A stretch of DNA of 64,000 nucleotides from an uncultured Bacteriovoracaceae bacterium (GCA_964012805.1 CAXGUD010000022.1:10773-74772), one strand, 5' to 3'. Numbered from the stretch's first letter, positions 29,916-40,740 are shown. The notes: a model not told the origin generated them from the sequence alone. Program-made: numbers and translations.

Positions 29916-29951
29916 AGATCGTCCTAAAAGTTACGAACAATATCAAATTGA

Positions 29952-29960
29952 ATTATATCA
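29952..29960 (-). promoter_or_regulatory. Extended -10 sigma70-type internal promoter upstream of pilQ
   Basis: Minus strand TGATATAAT (TGn + TATAAT) in the pilP-pilQ gap. Confidence 0.5.
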
Positions 29961-30013
29961 CTTTTTAGAAAACGGAAAAAAATGGACAAAAAAGGCCAAA
30001 CACACCGCAACAA

Positions 30014-30496
30014 TCACTCAGTAGAAATTGGAATAATTGTCTCTAGATATTCTTCTTGATTATAAACATTTCTAATTTTTTCAACAACAACAATTCCTCC
30101 TGGTAGAATAGCTTTTATTTCAGCATTATCCCTACCAAGACGCATCCCTTCTTTAAGTATATAAGTATCTTTAGATAATCCAGCACCTTGAATAATTTTG
30201 GCCATTGCCCTTCGATTTTTACCTAAAAGAACGCCAACAATTCTAACTTGATTAAGCGGTACGTTTTCTATAGATGGAAGATTGGAAAAAAAGTTACCTT
30301 TAAGAAAAGCAGAGTACTTCCCTTTCCTTCCTTTCAAACGAATTCTTTTTCTTTTAAAGGGATCCCTTAAGCCGAAAGGATTTTTAATACTTGTTTTATT
30401 TCCATTAAAAAATTCGAATTTTGGCTTACTTCCCAGTGTATAAAAAGAGAAAGTTAAGGAGAATAAAAAAATAGTAAATTTAATTTTTTTTATCAT
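30014..30496 (-). CDS. pilP: Type IV pilus assembly protein PilP
   Basis: RDPF motif, RIVGVL, GMRLGRDNAEI; position in MNOPQ. Confidence 0.85.
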   Translation of the reverse strand: MIKKIKFTIFLFSLTFSFYTLGSKPKFEFFNGNKTSIKNPFGLRDPFKRKRIRLKGRKGKYSAFLKGNFFSNLPSIENVPLNQVRIVGVLLGKNRRAMAKIIQGAGLSKDTYILKEGMRLGRDNAEIKAILPGGIVVVEKIRNVYNQEEYLETIIPISTE

Positions 30497-31140
30497 GAGC
30501 TTTTCTTAGGTTTTTTTCTTTTAATTTTTTTATTTTTAATTTCCTTTTCAATTTTATCTATACCTCTGTCTTCCTTAAAATTATTGTTATAACGATAGAC
30601 AAGAAGATTCATATCTACATCTATTAATTGATAACGACCTTTATTTTTTATATTGGATTTTTTAAAGGTTAAATCGCCAATATTCATGAGCTTATCTTTT
30701 TTTTCACCTATTTTTTCCAAAAGAATTAAAAATTGAAGGAATGTTCCGGTTGCTTTTAAATTATATCTTTTTATAAAATAAAAACCTTTATTTTCTTCTT
30801 CCTTTGGGGTCAATTTTAAATCTAGAATGTTAAGTCTATTGACCATAGATGAAACCATTCCTAAATTCTCTGAGTCATTAATTCTAGATGGGAATTGTCT
30901 TTGGATTCTCTCATTTTCTTGAGCAACTTTTTCAATCATTTTTTTTGCTTTTTCAACATCTTTTAAAAACCTTTGTAGATCTTTTAACTCTTTATTTTTT
31001 CTTTTTATTTTATTCTTAATAATAGGAATTCTATTTTGAATTTCGGTAATTTTGGTAGAATGAGATTCATATTTATCAAATACAGAATATACAACCCATA
31101 ATAAAATAAAAAAATGTAACTTGCTTAATATTTTAGCCAT
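30493..31140 (-). CDS. pilO: Type IV pilus assembly protein PilO
   Basis: TM, coiled coil, GFY...GTFLQFLILLEKI; position. Confidence 0.85.
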   Translation of the reverse strand: MAKILSKLHFFILLWVVYSVFDKYESHSTKITEIQNRIPIIKNKIKRKNKELKDLQRFLKDVEKAKKMIEKVAQENERIQRQFPSRINDSENLGMVSSMVNRLNILDLKLTPKEEENKGFYFIKRYNLKATGTFLQFLILLEKIGEKKDKLMNIGDLTFKKSNIKNKGRYQLIDVDMNLLVYRYNNNFKEDRGIDKIEKEIKNKKIKRKKPKKSS

Positions 31141-31159
31141 AATCTTTTTTTACCAAAAA

Positions 31160-31759
31160 TTAAAAGTTTTGAACCTGGCCCTCTATTTTATATTTTTCTA
31201 GGTTAATTAAACTTCCTTGAATTTTCTCTTTTTTTGTTTCGGAATCGGTAAGACTTAATGTTTTCCCAAAAAATTGAGAATCGTTAGCTGAAATAATAAA
31301 GTCTCCTATATCCTTATAGGAAAAAGCACTTCCAGAAATTATAATCTTTTTATCGCTATCAATCTTTAGATATTCAAACCATAAATCAGTAGGGGTGTTC
31401 CTTGCAAGCCGCTCTAAAAGTTTTTTTGGATTCGACCTCAAATTGACAATTTGAGTAACATAGCTTCTTCTTTGTTTCAGTTTTTCAACCTGTAAATTAA
31501 AAGCCTCTAATTCTAATTTAGCTTTTGAGTTTTTCTTAATCTTTCTTTTTATTTTTCTTAATCTTACATTTAAAGCCTTAATTTTATTTTCTTTAAGAAC
31601 CTTTTCCTCTTCCCAGTCGGGGTAAAGAAAGATCCCAGGCATATATGATACAACCATCGCTGCTATAATTAGTCTTAAATTTATTGTCGATAAGTCTATC
31701 CCCAGAACAACAGGCATTTTAAATGGTTTCTTTTGCTCTATTAAATTTATCTTTATCAT
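31160..31759 (-). CDS. pilN: Type IV pilus assembly protein PilN
   Basis: N-terminal IKINLI (PilM-binding INLL-like), TM, coiled coil, PTDLWF. Confidence 0.9.
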   Translation of the reverse strand: MIKINLIEQKKPFKMPVVLGIDLSTINLRLIIAAMVVSYMPGIFLYPDWEEEKVLKENKIKALNVRLRKIKRKIKKNSKAKLELEAFNLQVEKLKQRRSYVTQIVNLRSNPKKLLERLARNTPTDLWFEYLKIDSDKKIIISGSAFSYKDIGDFIISANDSQFFGKTLSLTDSETKKEKIQGSLINLEKYKIEGQVQNF

Positions 31760-32862
31760 AATGATAAATCTCTCATAGCTAAACCTAAGGCAGCTACACC
31801 TCGATAAGCAATATTTTCAAGGTCATCTTCGTCAATATTTTTCTTATCGTATTCGATCCCATCAAATATATTTAAGATTTTAATTTCCATACCTAGAAGA
31901 GCTTCGATGCCTTCAATTAAGCCAGGCAAGAGGGTACAGCCACCAGTAACATAACAAGCCGTTAATGATTCATCTGATGAGGAAGTTAAGTAAAAGTCTA
32001 TAGTCTTTTTAACATCCGAGAAAATTGTATCAAGTACTTCGTCAATAATGTCTACCACTTCTTCAGGTAAGTTGCCATTTTCATCCACGTTAGTTTTTAA
32101 ATCTTCAGCTTCTGAATAGTTAACACCCATTTGGCGTTGTATTTCTTCGGTAACCATTAATCCGCCAATTTCCATTTCCTTGACAAAAATAATTCTACCG
32201 TTTCGAAAAATAACGAGGCTTGTTTTTTGAGCCCCAATATCCATTACGATATAAGAGCAGTCTTTTTTAAGCTCTTTAGATGAAATAAGATCAAAGACAT
32301 TGATAACTGCTAATGAATGGAGATCGATTACTTTTACCTTAACTTTAACTTTCTCAACTAATTCCTTAAAGGTATCAACAATTTGCTTTTTAGCGGCAAC
32401 AACGAGAACATCCATTCCACCACCCTCATTTTGGCCAAAAACATGATGCGATAGAATTGCCTCATCTATATCAAAAGGTATGTACTGTTCAGCTTCCCAC
32501 ATAACTTGATCATTTATTTCTTCTTCTGTTCCCCCTGCTAATTGTAACCTTCTTGCAAATGTGCTTGGGCCACTTAACCCGATACAACAATCGCAGTTGT
32601 CTACACCAACTTCTTCGAGGACTTCCCGGAGAGCTTCTAAGATATCATCTTCATTATGAACTTCATCTTCAATTAGTGCCCCCTCTGGAATTACACAAGT
32701 AGAGAATTTCGTAAGTTTATAACTTCCATTCTTCTTTTTTTGAACTTGAGCGACTTTAATTGAGCTCAAGCCAATATCAATTCCAATAAAGGACTTTTTC
32801 CCAAAAGCTAGTGCATTTTTTAAATTATCAATTAGGCGTTCTAAGAATACCTCTTTACTCAA
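31756..32862 (-). CDS. pilM: Type IV pilus assembly protein PilM
   Basis: IGIDIGLSSIK, WEAEQYIPF, DIGAQKT, VTGG, ALGLAMR. Confidence 0.95.
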   Translation of the reverse strand: MSKEVFLERLIDNLKNALAFGKKSFIGIDIGLSSIKVAQVQKKKNGSYKLTKFSTCVIPEGALIEDEVHNEDDILEALREVLEEVGVDNCDCCIGLSGPSTFARRLQLAGGTEEEINDQVMWEAEQYIPFDIDEAILSHHVFGQNEGGGMDVLVVAAKKQIVDTFKELVEKVKVKVKVIDLHSLAVINVFDLISSKELKKDCSYIVMDIGAQKTSLVIFRNGRIIFVKEMEIGGLMVTEEIQRQMGVNYSEAEDLKTNVDENGNLPEEVVDIIDEVLDTIFSDVKKTIDFYLTSSSDESLTACYVTGGCTLLPGLIEGIEALLGMEIKILNIFDGIEYDKKNIDEDDLENIAYRGVAALGLAMRDLSL

Positions 32863-32904
32863 CTATATCTCCATTAAAAGCAGAAACTAATTAAATTATA
32901 ACGA

Positions 32905-32934
32905 GATAACCGTTTTGAGAGCAACCTAATAATA
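32905..32934 (-). promoter_or_regulatory. Putative sigma70 promoter for pilMNOPQ
   Basis: Minus strand TTGCTC-N18-TATAAT. Confidence 0.5.
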
Positions 32935-32945
32935 AACCATTTGGT

Positions 32946-33713
32946 CTAAAAGATTTTTAAAAATGATTCAAAAAACTTAGGAAAAAATATCTGAAGGGAT
33001 GCCACTAAAATTATGAAAGGACCAAAAGGCATTTCAGATTCACGTTTTAATTTTTTAATGAGAATTAAAAAGAAGCCTATTATGGATCCTCCAAGGCAAC
33101 TGAAAAAAATATTTTGAATAATGCCCATGGGACCTAAATGTAAGCCCAAAATACCAAAAAGCTTAATATCTCCCATTCCCAAGCCTTCTTTTTTCTTAGC
33201 CAAATAGAAAAGCCAAGTAACAGTCAAGGGAAATAAAACTCCTATTAAGGAGCCATAAAGCCAAAACTGCCAATTTTTAAACATGATAGAAAAAGTCAAA
33301 AAAATGAGAGCCAAATATAAGTTAAGGATATTTGGTAGAATTTTATGCTTCAAATCTATAAAAAAATGGGTCACAAAAATACAAAATATACTGAAGTAAA
33401 ATGTAAAATTTAGAATATTAATTAATTCAAAGTTTTTAGGCCATAATAAGTAAGAAACTAAGCCAGTTAGAGCTTCAATAATGGGGTATTGCTTAGGGAT
33501 GGGAGTTTTACAATTTGAACATGCGCCGCGCAAAAAAATATAACTTAAAACAGGAATGTTTTCATACCAAGGAATCGTTTTTTCACACTTCGGGCAAAAT
33601 GACCTTGGCAAAAAAATACCAATGCCATTAGGAATCCTGAAAATTAAAGCATTCAAAAAGCTGCCAAATATTAAGCCAAAACTTACTCCAAAAAAAGTAG
33701 AAGTATATTCCAT
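32946..33713 (-). CDS. pilD: Prepilin peptidase
   Basis: GSFLN, CPKC/CSNC zinc motifs, IDLKHKILP, GMGDIKL, PFGPF. Confidence 0.97.
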   Translation of the reverse strand: MEYTSTFFGVSFGLIFGSFLNALIFRIPNGIGIFLPRSFCPKCEKTIPWYENIPVLSYIFLRGACSNCKTPIPKQYPIIEALTGLVSYLLWPKNFELINILNFTFYFSIFCIFVTHFFIDLKHKILPNILNLYLALIFLTFSIMFKNWQFWLYGSLIGVLFPLTVTWLFYLAKKKEGLGMGDIKLFGILGLHLGPMGIIQNIFFSCLGGSIIGFFLILIKKLKRESEMPFGPFIILVASLQIFFPKFFESFLKIF

Positions 33714-33723
33714 AATTCTTTTC

Positions 33724-34488
33724 CTAAAAATTTCTTCTCTTAAAAATATTTAAATTTAAAAGAATAAGAATAATAGAGTAAATAAATGTATTCAATGTGG
33801 TTTGCAAGACAAATTTTAAATCAATTTTTCCACCATATAGATAGGCTTCTTTTATATCCAAAATAAAAAAGTTTGGAAAAATAAAAGTTAAAAAATTTAA
33901 AATATCAGTAAAAAAACTCATTTTGTTTAAATTAGCTATCTGAAGCGTATTGGGCAGTCCATAACCAATCAAATAAAAAGCTACACTTAAAAAGAATGCT
34001 AGAAAGTGGGATGTTATTTGAGAAAAACTTAAAGATATTAAAAACATTAAAAAACTACTAAGGAGTATAAAGAAAAAACATAACAGGAGCCCTATATCTA
34101 CCTTACCGCCTGCATAAATATATACACTCAAAATTATTGTTGATAGAAAAAGAAATTCGAAAAAAATAATTAGCAAATAGCCAATAACTTTACCTATAAG
34201 AAAAAAAGATTTTTGTTTTAATTTTGGCAAGACAACATATAAACTCGCAACGTCATTAAATTTAGAAAAAGACGTAGATCCAAAAAATACAGAAAGAGTC
34301 ATTAAAGAAAAGAATAAAAAACCCAAACCTACATCAAAATAAATTTTAAGTTTATTACCATAAGAAATTTCTGATGCGACCATTGAAATCATAGAAAAGA
34401 AAATTCCAAATAAAATAGATAATGAGAATACTCTACCTTTAATTATTTCTTTAACAGTGAGCTTAATAATGGAGACTAATTGTTTCAT
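33724..34488 (-). CDS. pilI: ABC transporter permease, PilI-like
   Basis: About six TM segments, FLIGKVIG; lies between the ABC ATPase and pilD as in myxobacterial pilGHID. Confidence 0.7.
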   Translation of the reverse strand: MKQLVSIIKLTVKEIIKGRVFSLSILFGIFFSMISMVASEISYGNKLKIYFDVGLGFLFFSLMTLSVFFGSTSFSKFNDVASLYVVLPKLKQKSFFLIGKVIGYLLIIFFEFLFLSTIILSVYIYAGGKVDIGLLLCFFFILLSSFLMFLISLSFSQITSHFLAFFLSVAFYLIGYGLPNTLQIANLNKMSFFTDILNFLTFIFPNFFILDIKEAYLYGGKIDLKFVLQTTLNTFIYSIILILLNLNIFKRRNF

Positions 34489-34494
34489 TAGTTT

Positions 34495-35385
34495 TTAACC
34501 ACCTTCTAAATTTAAAAAATGATCGCCAAGCTTGAATTTATTTAATATCACAGATTCCACATCACAACCTTTTGAGATAACTTCTTTTATAAAAGTATCT
34601 TTTTCATTTTTAAGAATTTTAAAAACATATTTATTTAAAAATTTTGATTCTTCTTTTTTTGAGAAATTAACTTTTTCATCTGGTGATAAAACCTCAATAT
34701 GATAACCGTCAAAAAACTGATAATTTTTTGAGTTTTTCACAATAGAAGAATCTATTATTTTACCTTTCTTAATATAAAACCATTCATCTATTAATATGCT
34801 TACATCTTCAAACAAATGGCTTGTTAATAACACTCCTCCACCATTATATTTAAATTTCTCTATTTCATTTTTTAATATAAATCTTGAGTCAAAATCTAAA
34901 CCAGAAAATGGTTCATCCAACAATATAAATTTTGGATCATTTATTATACAACCTATAAATGAGGCTTTTTTAAGCATTCCTTGAGAAAAATTTTTTAATT
35001 TTGTACCCAGAAAACTTTCTAGTTCGAAAATTTTTGTAAAATAATTTAATTTTTCATTAAAAATATGATTTGGAATATTATGAATTTCTTTAATAGTTAA
35101 AAAGAAGTCTTTACACATTAGATCTGGAAAAAAACCCATTTTTTCAGATGAGAAGGAAATCTCACTAAATGAAGTATTTTTATTGTTAAAGTGAAGACTT
35201 CCTTTATCAGGAAGCATTAACTTCATTATTACTTTTAATATTGAGGTTTTTCCGGAACCATTCTTGCCAAAAAGTCCATATATATTACCAAGCTCCAGCT
35301 TAAGGCAAATGTCATCTAAGATATTAATTTTGGATAAGTTAATATCTTCCTTAAAAGCTTTTGTTATATTTTTCAATTCAATCAT
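34495..35385 (-). CDS. pilH: ABC transporter ATP-binding protein, PilH-like
   Basis: GKNGSGKT, FSQGM signature variant, ILLDEPFSGLD, TSH. Confidence 0.8.
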   Translation of the reverse strand: MIELKNITKAFKEDINLSKINILDDICLKLELGNIYGLFGKNGSGKTSILKVIMKLMLPDKGSLHFNNKNTSFSEISFSSEKMGFFPDLMCKDFFLTIKEIHNIPNHIFNEKLNYFTKIFELESFLGTKLKNFSQGMLKKASFIGCIINDPKFILLDEPFSGLDFDSRFILKNEIEKFKYNGGGVLLTSHLFEDVSILIDEWFYIKKGKIIDSSIVKNSKNYQFFDGYHIEVLSPDEKVNFSKKEESKFLNKYVFKILKNEKDTFIKEVISKGCDVESVILNKFKLGDHFLNLEGG

Positions 35386-35436
35386 ATAGAATATTTTTAA
35401 AAATAAATAAACAAATACAATAATTATGTAAAAAAA

Positions 35437-36111
35437 ATGATTAAAATAAAAGAAAATGTTATATTCTTGATGTTTTTAATTGCACTATTTTTAGTTCATG
35501 GAACGCTAAATAGAAGAATACAATTAAAACCTATAAATTATAACTTTCAAAAATATTCAATTAATTTCAAAAGCGAATACACCAAGTTTTTAAATGTAGG
35601 ATTAAATAGTTTCTTTTCTAAATTTTTATGGATTTCTACAGTCTTAAAATTAGATACTGCACATTATAAAAAGAAAGACTTAAACTCTTGGTTATTTTTA
35701 AAATTATCAACAATAACCGATTTAGACCCTTATTTTTATGATGCATTTTTATACGGTGGACAATATCTATCAATAATAAAAGACGACCCTTTTGGAGCGG
35801 AATCAATTTATAAAAAAGGATTGAAAAACTTTAAAGATGACTTTTGGCTTAACCTTAACACAGGATATAACGCATTTTTTGAACTAAATAAAAAAAAAGA
35901 AGGTATACATTACTACACTGAGGCTTTAAAGAACTCTGATTCCATTAAATATAATTCACACCTACCTTTCTTTTTAACAGCTTATTTTACATCAAAAAAT
36001 GATAATAAGGCTGCAATTAAAATACTTGAATTAAGTTTGAAGAACACCAAAGATCCAAAATTAAAAAAAGCTTTAATAAAAAAAATTAATGCTTTAAGGA
36101 TTAAAATTTAA
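35437..36111 (+). CDS. PilG-like membrane-anchored TPR-like protein, inverted relative to the cluster
   Basis: TM, then [16 protein letters not shown]...[11 protein letters not shown]...GY, typical of the pilin-adjacent deltaproteobacterial PilG family; lies between pilA and pilH. Confidence 0.65.
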   Translation: MIKIKENVIFLMFLIALFLVHGTLNRRIQLKPINYNFQKYSINFKSEYTKFLNVGLNSFFSKFLWISTVLKLDTAHYKKKDLNSWLFLKLSTITDLDPYFYDAFLYGGQYLSIIKDDPFGAESIYKKGLKNFKDDFWLNLNTGYNAFFELNKKKEGIHYYTEALKNSDSIKYNSHLPFFLTAYFTSKNDNKAAIKILELSLKNTKDPKLKKALIKKINALRIKI

Positions 36112-36638
36112 TAGCCTACCTTAACATGTCTAAGATCTTTATCTTGATCGATAGTCCATGTATCAGCATTAGGGCCTTTTTTTTCACTATCTAGAACGGC
36201 TACAGCCCCTGCCTTGTACTCTGTACCACCGTTTACCAAAGCATCATTAGGCAAATCGGTTCCTTTAGCAACATTGCCTTTAGAACCTCTATTAGCATCA
36301 AATTGATAACCAGTATTTGGACAATTTAAACCGGCATCTGTAATATTTTTATTGGCAGTAGCATTAGGTTGTTTAAACCCAATAGCATAATAATTATTCT
36401 TCTTGGGGGCAGAATAACCAGCATTTTCTAAACAGGTTCCATATGAGTCATATTCATTGTCAAGTTGCTGCTCTGTCATAAATACAGCTGATAATTGAAT
36501 CTTTGCTTCGGTCGTTTTAGCCTTTCCCTGATACTTTTTAAAATTTGGTATTGCTATTGAAGCTAAGATTCCAATAATTGCGACCACAACCATTAGCTCA
36601 ATCAAGGTAAAACCTTTGTCACAACTTTTTACCCTCAT
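36108..36638 (-). CDS. pilA: Type IVa major pilin
   Basis: [24 protein letters not shown] prepilin cleavage site, Glu5, two Cys in the head domain, SD AAGGAG. Confidence 0.92.
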   Translation of the reverse strand: MRVKSCDKGFTLIELMVVVAIIGILASIAIPNFKKYQGKAKTTEAKIQLSAVFMTEQQLDNEYDSYGTCLENAGYSAPKKNNYYAIGFKQPNATANKNITDAGLNCPNTGYQFDANRGSKGNVAKGTDLPNDALVNGGTEYKAGAVAVLDSEKKGPNADTWTIDQDKDLRHVKVGY

Positions 36639-36685
36639 GAAAACTCCTTTTAAAAAAAACCCTTATTTTTGATTGCTTTATTAAA

Positions 36686-37903
36686 TCATCCACCAGCTTG
36701 CATAAAAATCGGTAAATACATTGCCACCAAAATTAAAGCTGTTATTCCACCTAATACAACAATTATTAGAGGTTCTATTAACTTTGTTCCACTATCGATG
36801 AGGGAATCAATTTCTTCTTCAAAAACACTAGAAATTTTTTCCATCATTAGATCTAATCGACCAGTCTGTTCACCAACTTTAATCATTTGGCTTGCCATAT
36901 CAGGAAAGTATTCAATTTTATCAATGCTTTGGTTTAATGTTTTTCCTGAAATAACCTCTTTTTTTACTCTAAGTAAGTCATTTGAAATAATTTTGTTATC
37001 CAAGGTTTCAATACAAATATCCAAAGCGTCAATTATAGAAACGCCTGACCCTACCATTATTCCTAATGTTCTTGAAAATCCTCCTAGATTTCCTTTAATT
37101 ATAATCATCCCAAAAATGGGTAAACTCATAGTAATTTTGTCAAAAAGAGTTTTTCCTAATTCAGTGTTTTCTACAGAGACTTTAATAAAAATAAAAATCA
37201 AAACAAAAAATAAAAATATTTTTCCCGACCATTCACCTAAAAAGGCTGAGATATCCATTACAAAACTTGTTATAAAAGGTGGCTCTTGACCAGTTGAAGC
37301 TAATTGCTCAACAAATTGAGGGACAACAAAATTTAAAAGACCCCATACAACTAATGTCCCAACAACCACCACAACCATTGGGTAAGTTAGAGCAGATTTA
37401 ATTTTCTTTTTTACTTTTTCTTGGTTGTCCAAATGGAAAGCTAGCTTATCTAAAATAACATCTAAAACGCCTGCTGTTTCTCCAGCTTTAACCAAACTAC
37501 AATACAATTTATTGAATCCATTTTGATTTTCCATCGCAGAAGAAATTGTCTTACCATGACCTACATCGGAAGAGATTTCCTTTATAGATTTCTTAAGAGC
37601 TGAGTTTTTTTCCGATTTAAATAATATTTCCAGTGCTTCCATAATCGGAACACCTGCATTAACCATTATTGCAAGTTGCTTTGTAAATAGAACTAATTCT
37701 TTTTGACCAAATGGAACAGCAAGACCCTTTTCAAGCATCCACTCATTAAAATCAAACTCTAGTAAGGAAGGAGCAATTAAAGTTCTTACTCGAACTCCAT
37801 TAGATCTTAATGACTTTCTAGCGGACCTTTCATCTTTTGCTTGAATTTGGCCACGCGATTTTTTCCCATTTTTATCAAAACCTTCCCACTTCCAAAGGCC
37901 CAT
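36686..37903 (-). CDS. pilC: Type IV pilus platform protein PilC
   Basis: FTKQLAIMVNAGVP, AGETAGVLD, ALTYP, VGEQTGRLD, AMYLPIF. Confidence 0.97.
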   Translation of the reverse strand: MGLWKWEGFDKNGKKSRGQIQAKDERSARKSLRSNGVRVRTLIAPSLLEFDFNEWMLEKGLAVPFGQKELVLFTKQLAIMVNAGVPIMEALEILFKSEKNSALKKSIKEISSDVGHGKTISSAMENQNGFNKLYCSLVKAGETAGVLDVILDKLAFHLDNQEKVKKKIKSALTYPMVVVVVGTLVVWGLLNFVVPQFVEQLASTGQEPPFITSFVMDISAFLGEWSGKIFLFFVLIFIFIKVSVENTELGKTLFDKITMSLPIFGMIIIKGNLGGFSRTLGIMVGSGVSIIDALDICIETLDNKIISNDLLRVKKEVISGKTLNQSIDKIEYFPDMASQMIKVGEQTGRLDLMMEKISSVFEEEIDSLIDSGTKLIEPLIIVVLGGITALILVAMYLPIFMQAGG

Positions 37904-37906
37904 TAT

Positions 37907-39052
37907 CTATTTCCTTTTTCCCTCTTTTAAACCAAGCATTTTAGCTAACTCATCCTGGGCAGTAGTATAATTAAGTGCTGTTTCAACATCTATCAAACCT
38001 GATTCAACAGATTTTTTTAAAGATTGATTCATCGTAATCATTCCTGTTTTTTCTTGACCTACTTGCATTTGAGAATATACTTGGTGAGTTTTATCTTCTC
38101 TTATTAAGTTTCTTATTGCGGTTGTTGGTATTAGAATTTCCATCCCTAAGACTCTTCCTGATTCAAAAGTTTTTGGAATTAGTTGTTGAGCAACAATGCC
38201 TTGTAAAACAAATGATAATAATGTTCTAACTTGATCGTGCCTATCAGAAGGAAAAGCATTGATAATTCTATTTATGGTTTGAACACATGAGTTGGTATGT
38301 AGCGTACCAAAAACTAAGTGACCTGTTTCTGCAATAGTTAAAGCTGCCTCAATTGTTTCCGCATCTCTTAATTCTCCCACTAAAACAATATCTGGATCTT
38401 GCCTTAATAAAGCTTTTAATGATCTCGTAAAACTTATTGAATCAGAGCCTATCTCTCTCTGTGTTATAAAACACTTTTTATGAGAGTGAACAAACTCAAT
38501 TGGATCTTCTAAAGTTATAATATGACCAGATTCTTTATCATTTAGTCTATCAATAAGAGAAGCTAATGTTGTTGATTTTCCAGATCCTGTTGGACCAGTA
38601 ACCAAAATTAACCCATTAGAAACATCTGTAATCTCCATTAAAACATTGGGTAACTTTAAAGTTTTAAAATCTGGAATAATACTAGGTATTTGTCTAAAAA
38701 CGGCAGAAATATTCCCTTTTGTATGGAAGACATTGCATCTAAAACGGGCCAAACCTTTTATACCGAATGATAAGTCAACTTCCATATTTTTTTCTAGTTC
38801 TTCTTTTTGATCGGCGTTTAAAATTTGATAGATCATCCTTTTTGTATCTTCAGCTGTTAAACTCGGCACTTTTACCTTAATAATCTCACCATTAACCCTC
38901 ATTCCAGGAGGAGCTCCAACATTTAAGTGTAAATCAGAAGCGCTATTATCAACCATTAATTTAAATAATTGTTGGATTTTTAAATGACTCGCCCCCAAAG
39001 CAGCTTTTGTCTTTGTAACTGTTTTTTCTGTTTCTTTTTTATCGCTCGTCAT
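37907..39052 (-). CDS. pilT: Retraction ATPase PilT
   Basis: ASDLHL, GPTGSGKST, QDPD, GTLHT, AIRNLIRE. Confidence 0.97.
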   Translation of the reverse strand: MTSDKKETEKTVTKTKAALGASHLKIQQLFKLMVDNSASDLHLNVGAPPGMRVNGEIIKVKVPSLTAEDTKRMIYQILNADQKEELEKNMEVDLSFGIKGLARFRCNVFHTKGNISAVFRQIPSIIPDFKTLKLPNVLMEITDVSNGLILVTGPTGSGKSTTLASLIDRLNDKESGHIITLEDPIEFVHSHKKCFITQREIGSDSISFTRSLKALLRQDPDIVLVGELRDAETIEAALTIAETGHLVFGTLHTNSCVQTINRIINAFPSDRHDQVRTLLSFVLQGIVAQQLIPKTFESGRVLGMEILIPTTAIRNLIREDKTHQVYSQMQVGQEKTGMITMNQSLKKSVESGLIDVETALNYTTAQDELAKMLGLKEGKRK

Positions 39053-39063
39053 TTATTACCTTT

Positions 39064-40740
39064 TTAAAATTTATCAGTGCTCGAGTTTGTAACAACCTCA
39101 TCTAAAGTTGTTAAACCCTGAACTGCCTTAATTAAAGCTGACATTCTAAGAGTCTTCATACCTTCCCTAATTGCTTGTTTCTTTATTTCGTCAGAAGATT
39201 CATTTTTTAAAATTAGTTCTTTAATTCTTGGAGAAACATTTAAAACTTCATAAATCGCAATTCGACCTTGGTAACCAGTAGAGTTACAACTTTTGCAACC
39301 TTTTCCTCTAAAAACTTTTACCTTTTGAGCAGAACTTTTTGATATGCCACATGATATTAGTTGTCCAATCGGTATCGAATCTTCCTCTTTGCAGTAAGGA
39401 CAAATTTTTCTACAAAGTCTTTGAGCAACAACTACGTTTAATGAACCAACTACTAAAAAAGGCTCTATCCCCATATTAAGTAATCTTGTTATAGTAGATG
39501 CGGCATCATTAGTATGAAGAGTAGAAAGTACAAGGTGTCCTGTCAAAGCTGCTTCAATAGCTATTTCACCTACTTCCAAATCCCTAATTTCACCAACCAT
39601 TATAATATCGGGATCTTGTCTTAAAAAACTTTTTAATGCAGATGCAAAATCTAAACCAACTTCCTTTCTTATATTGCATTGATTAACACCTTGAAGGTTA
39701 AACTCTACAGGGTCTTCAACGGTCGAAATATTTGAATCAATTTTATTTAAATCCTCTAGTGCAGAGTATAGTGTTGTTGTTTTTCCTGAGCCAGTTGGAC
39801 CAGTTACCAAACACATTCCATAGGGTTGGTAAATACCTTCTTGGAAGTTTTTTAATTGATCTAAATCAAACCCCAATTTTGTCATATCTAATTGCAGATT
39901 AGATGAATCTAATAATCTTAAAACAATTTTTTCTCCGAATAACGTTGGTAGTGAAGATACCCTATAATCAATAGGGCTTTCATTTATAAATAACTTAATT
40001 CGTCCATCTTGTGGTTTTCTCTTTTCTGAAATATCCATTTGGGCCATAATTTTGATTCTAGAAATCATAGGTAACATTAATTTTTTATTTGGCTGTTCAA
40101 CTTCAATTAAGCTACCATCAATTCTAAATCTAACTCTAAATACTTTCTCATAAGGCTCTAAATGAATATCTGATGCCTTCTTAATAAACGCATCTGCTAA
40201 AATTTTATTAACATATGAAATAACATCTTCACCGATATCTTTTTCTTTTATCTCTTCATCTTTTTGATTATCTTTGTCGTCCTTAAGCTCTTTAATTGAA
40301 CCTACTATTTCTTCAAATGATTCTTTCAATCTGTCAAATAATGATTTCCAAGATGATAAATTAGTAAGTATAAATTCAACTGGGTGTTGAAATAGAATTT
40401 GTAGATCATCTTTTATGTCTACTACAGATGGATCATACACTGCTAGACTAACAAATTTAGCTGTTTTTTGAATTGGAATACACCGATATTTTAAAACATC
40501 ACTTTTTCTTATTAGAGTAAGAATAGGTTCTTCAATCCTAGCTTGAGATAGATCTAAAAATGTCATTTCATAATTTTCAGCAACTTGTTTAGCAAATTTA
40601 AAATCATCAAAAAAGTCAAACTCTAGTAACTGAAATTCCGTTATTCTCTGGTTTTCTTTTTGTTGAAGAAGTGGCCTTAGGTCCTTTGCAGGAATCATTC
40701 CTGTTTTTGCGATAACTGTGGCAAACTCTTTTCTAAACAT
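39064..40740 (-). CDS. pilB: Assembly ATPase PilB
   Basis: ASDIHLEP, GPTGSGKT, RQDPD, STLHTND, CPYC/CKSC zinc motif. Confidence 0.97.
   Translation of the reverse strand: MFRKEFATVIAKTGMIPAKDLRPLLQQKENQRITEFQLLEFDFFDDFKFAKQVAENYEMTFLDLSQARIEEPILTLIRKSDVLKYRCIPIQKTAKFVSLAVYDPSVVDIKDDLQILFQHPVEFILTNLSSWKSLFDRLKESFEEIVGSIKELKDDKDNQKDEEIKEKDIGEDVISYVNKILADAFIKKASDIHLEPYEKVFRVRFRIDGSLIEVEQPNKKLMLPMISRIKIMAQMDISEKRKPQDGRIKLFINESPIDYRVSSLPTLFGEKIVLRLLDSSNLQLDMTKLGFDLDQLKNFQEGIYQPYGMCLVTGPTGSGKTTTLYSALEDLNKIDSNISTVEDPVEFNLQGVNQCNIRKEVGLDFASALKSFLRQDPDIIMVGEIRDLEVGEIAIEAALTGHLVLSTLHTNDAASTITRLLNMGIEPFLVVGSLNVVVAQRLCRKICPYCKEEDSIPIGQLISCGISKSSAQKVKVFRGKGCKSCNSTGYQGRIAIYEVLNVSPRIKELILKNESSDEIKKQAIREGMKTLRMSALIKAVQGLTTLDEVVTNSSTDKF

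Noticed and set aside
35386..36111. Invertible phase-variation switch around the pilG-like gene
   Set aside because: No flanking inverted repeats and no recombinase in the window.
36639..36685. Sigma54 promoter for pilA
   Set aside because: No GG-N10-GC element in the gap.
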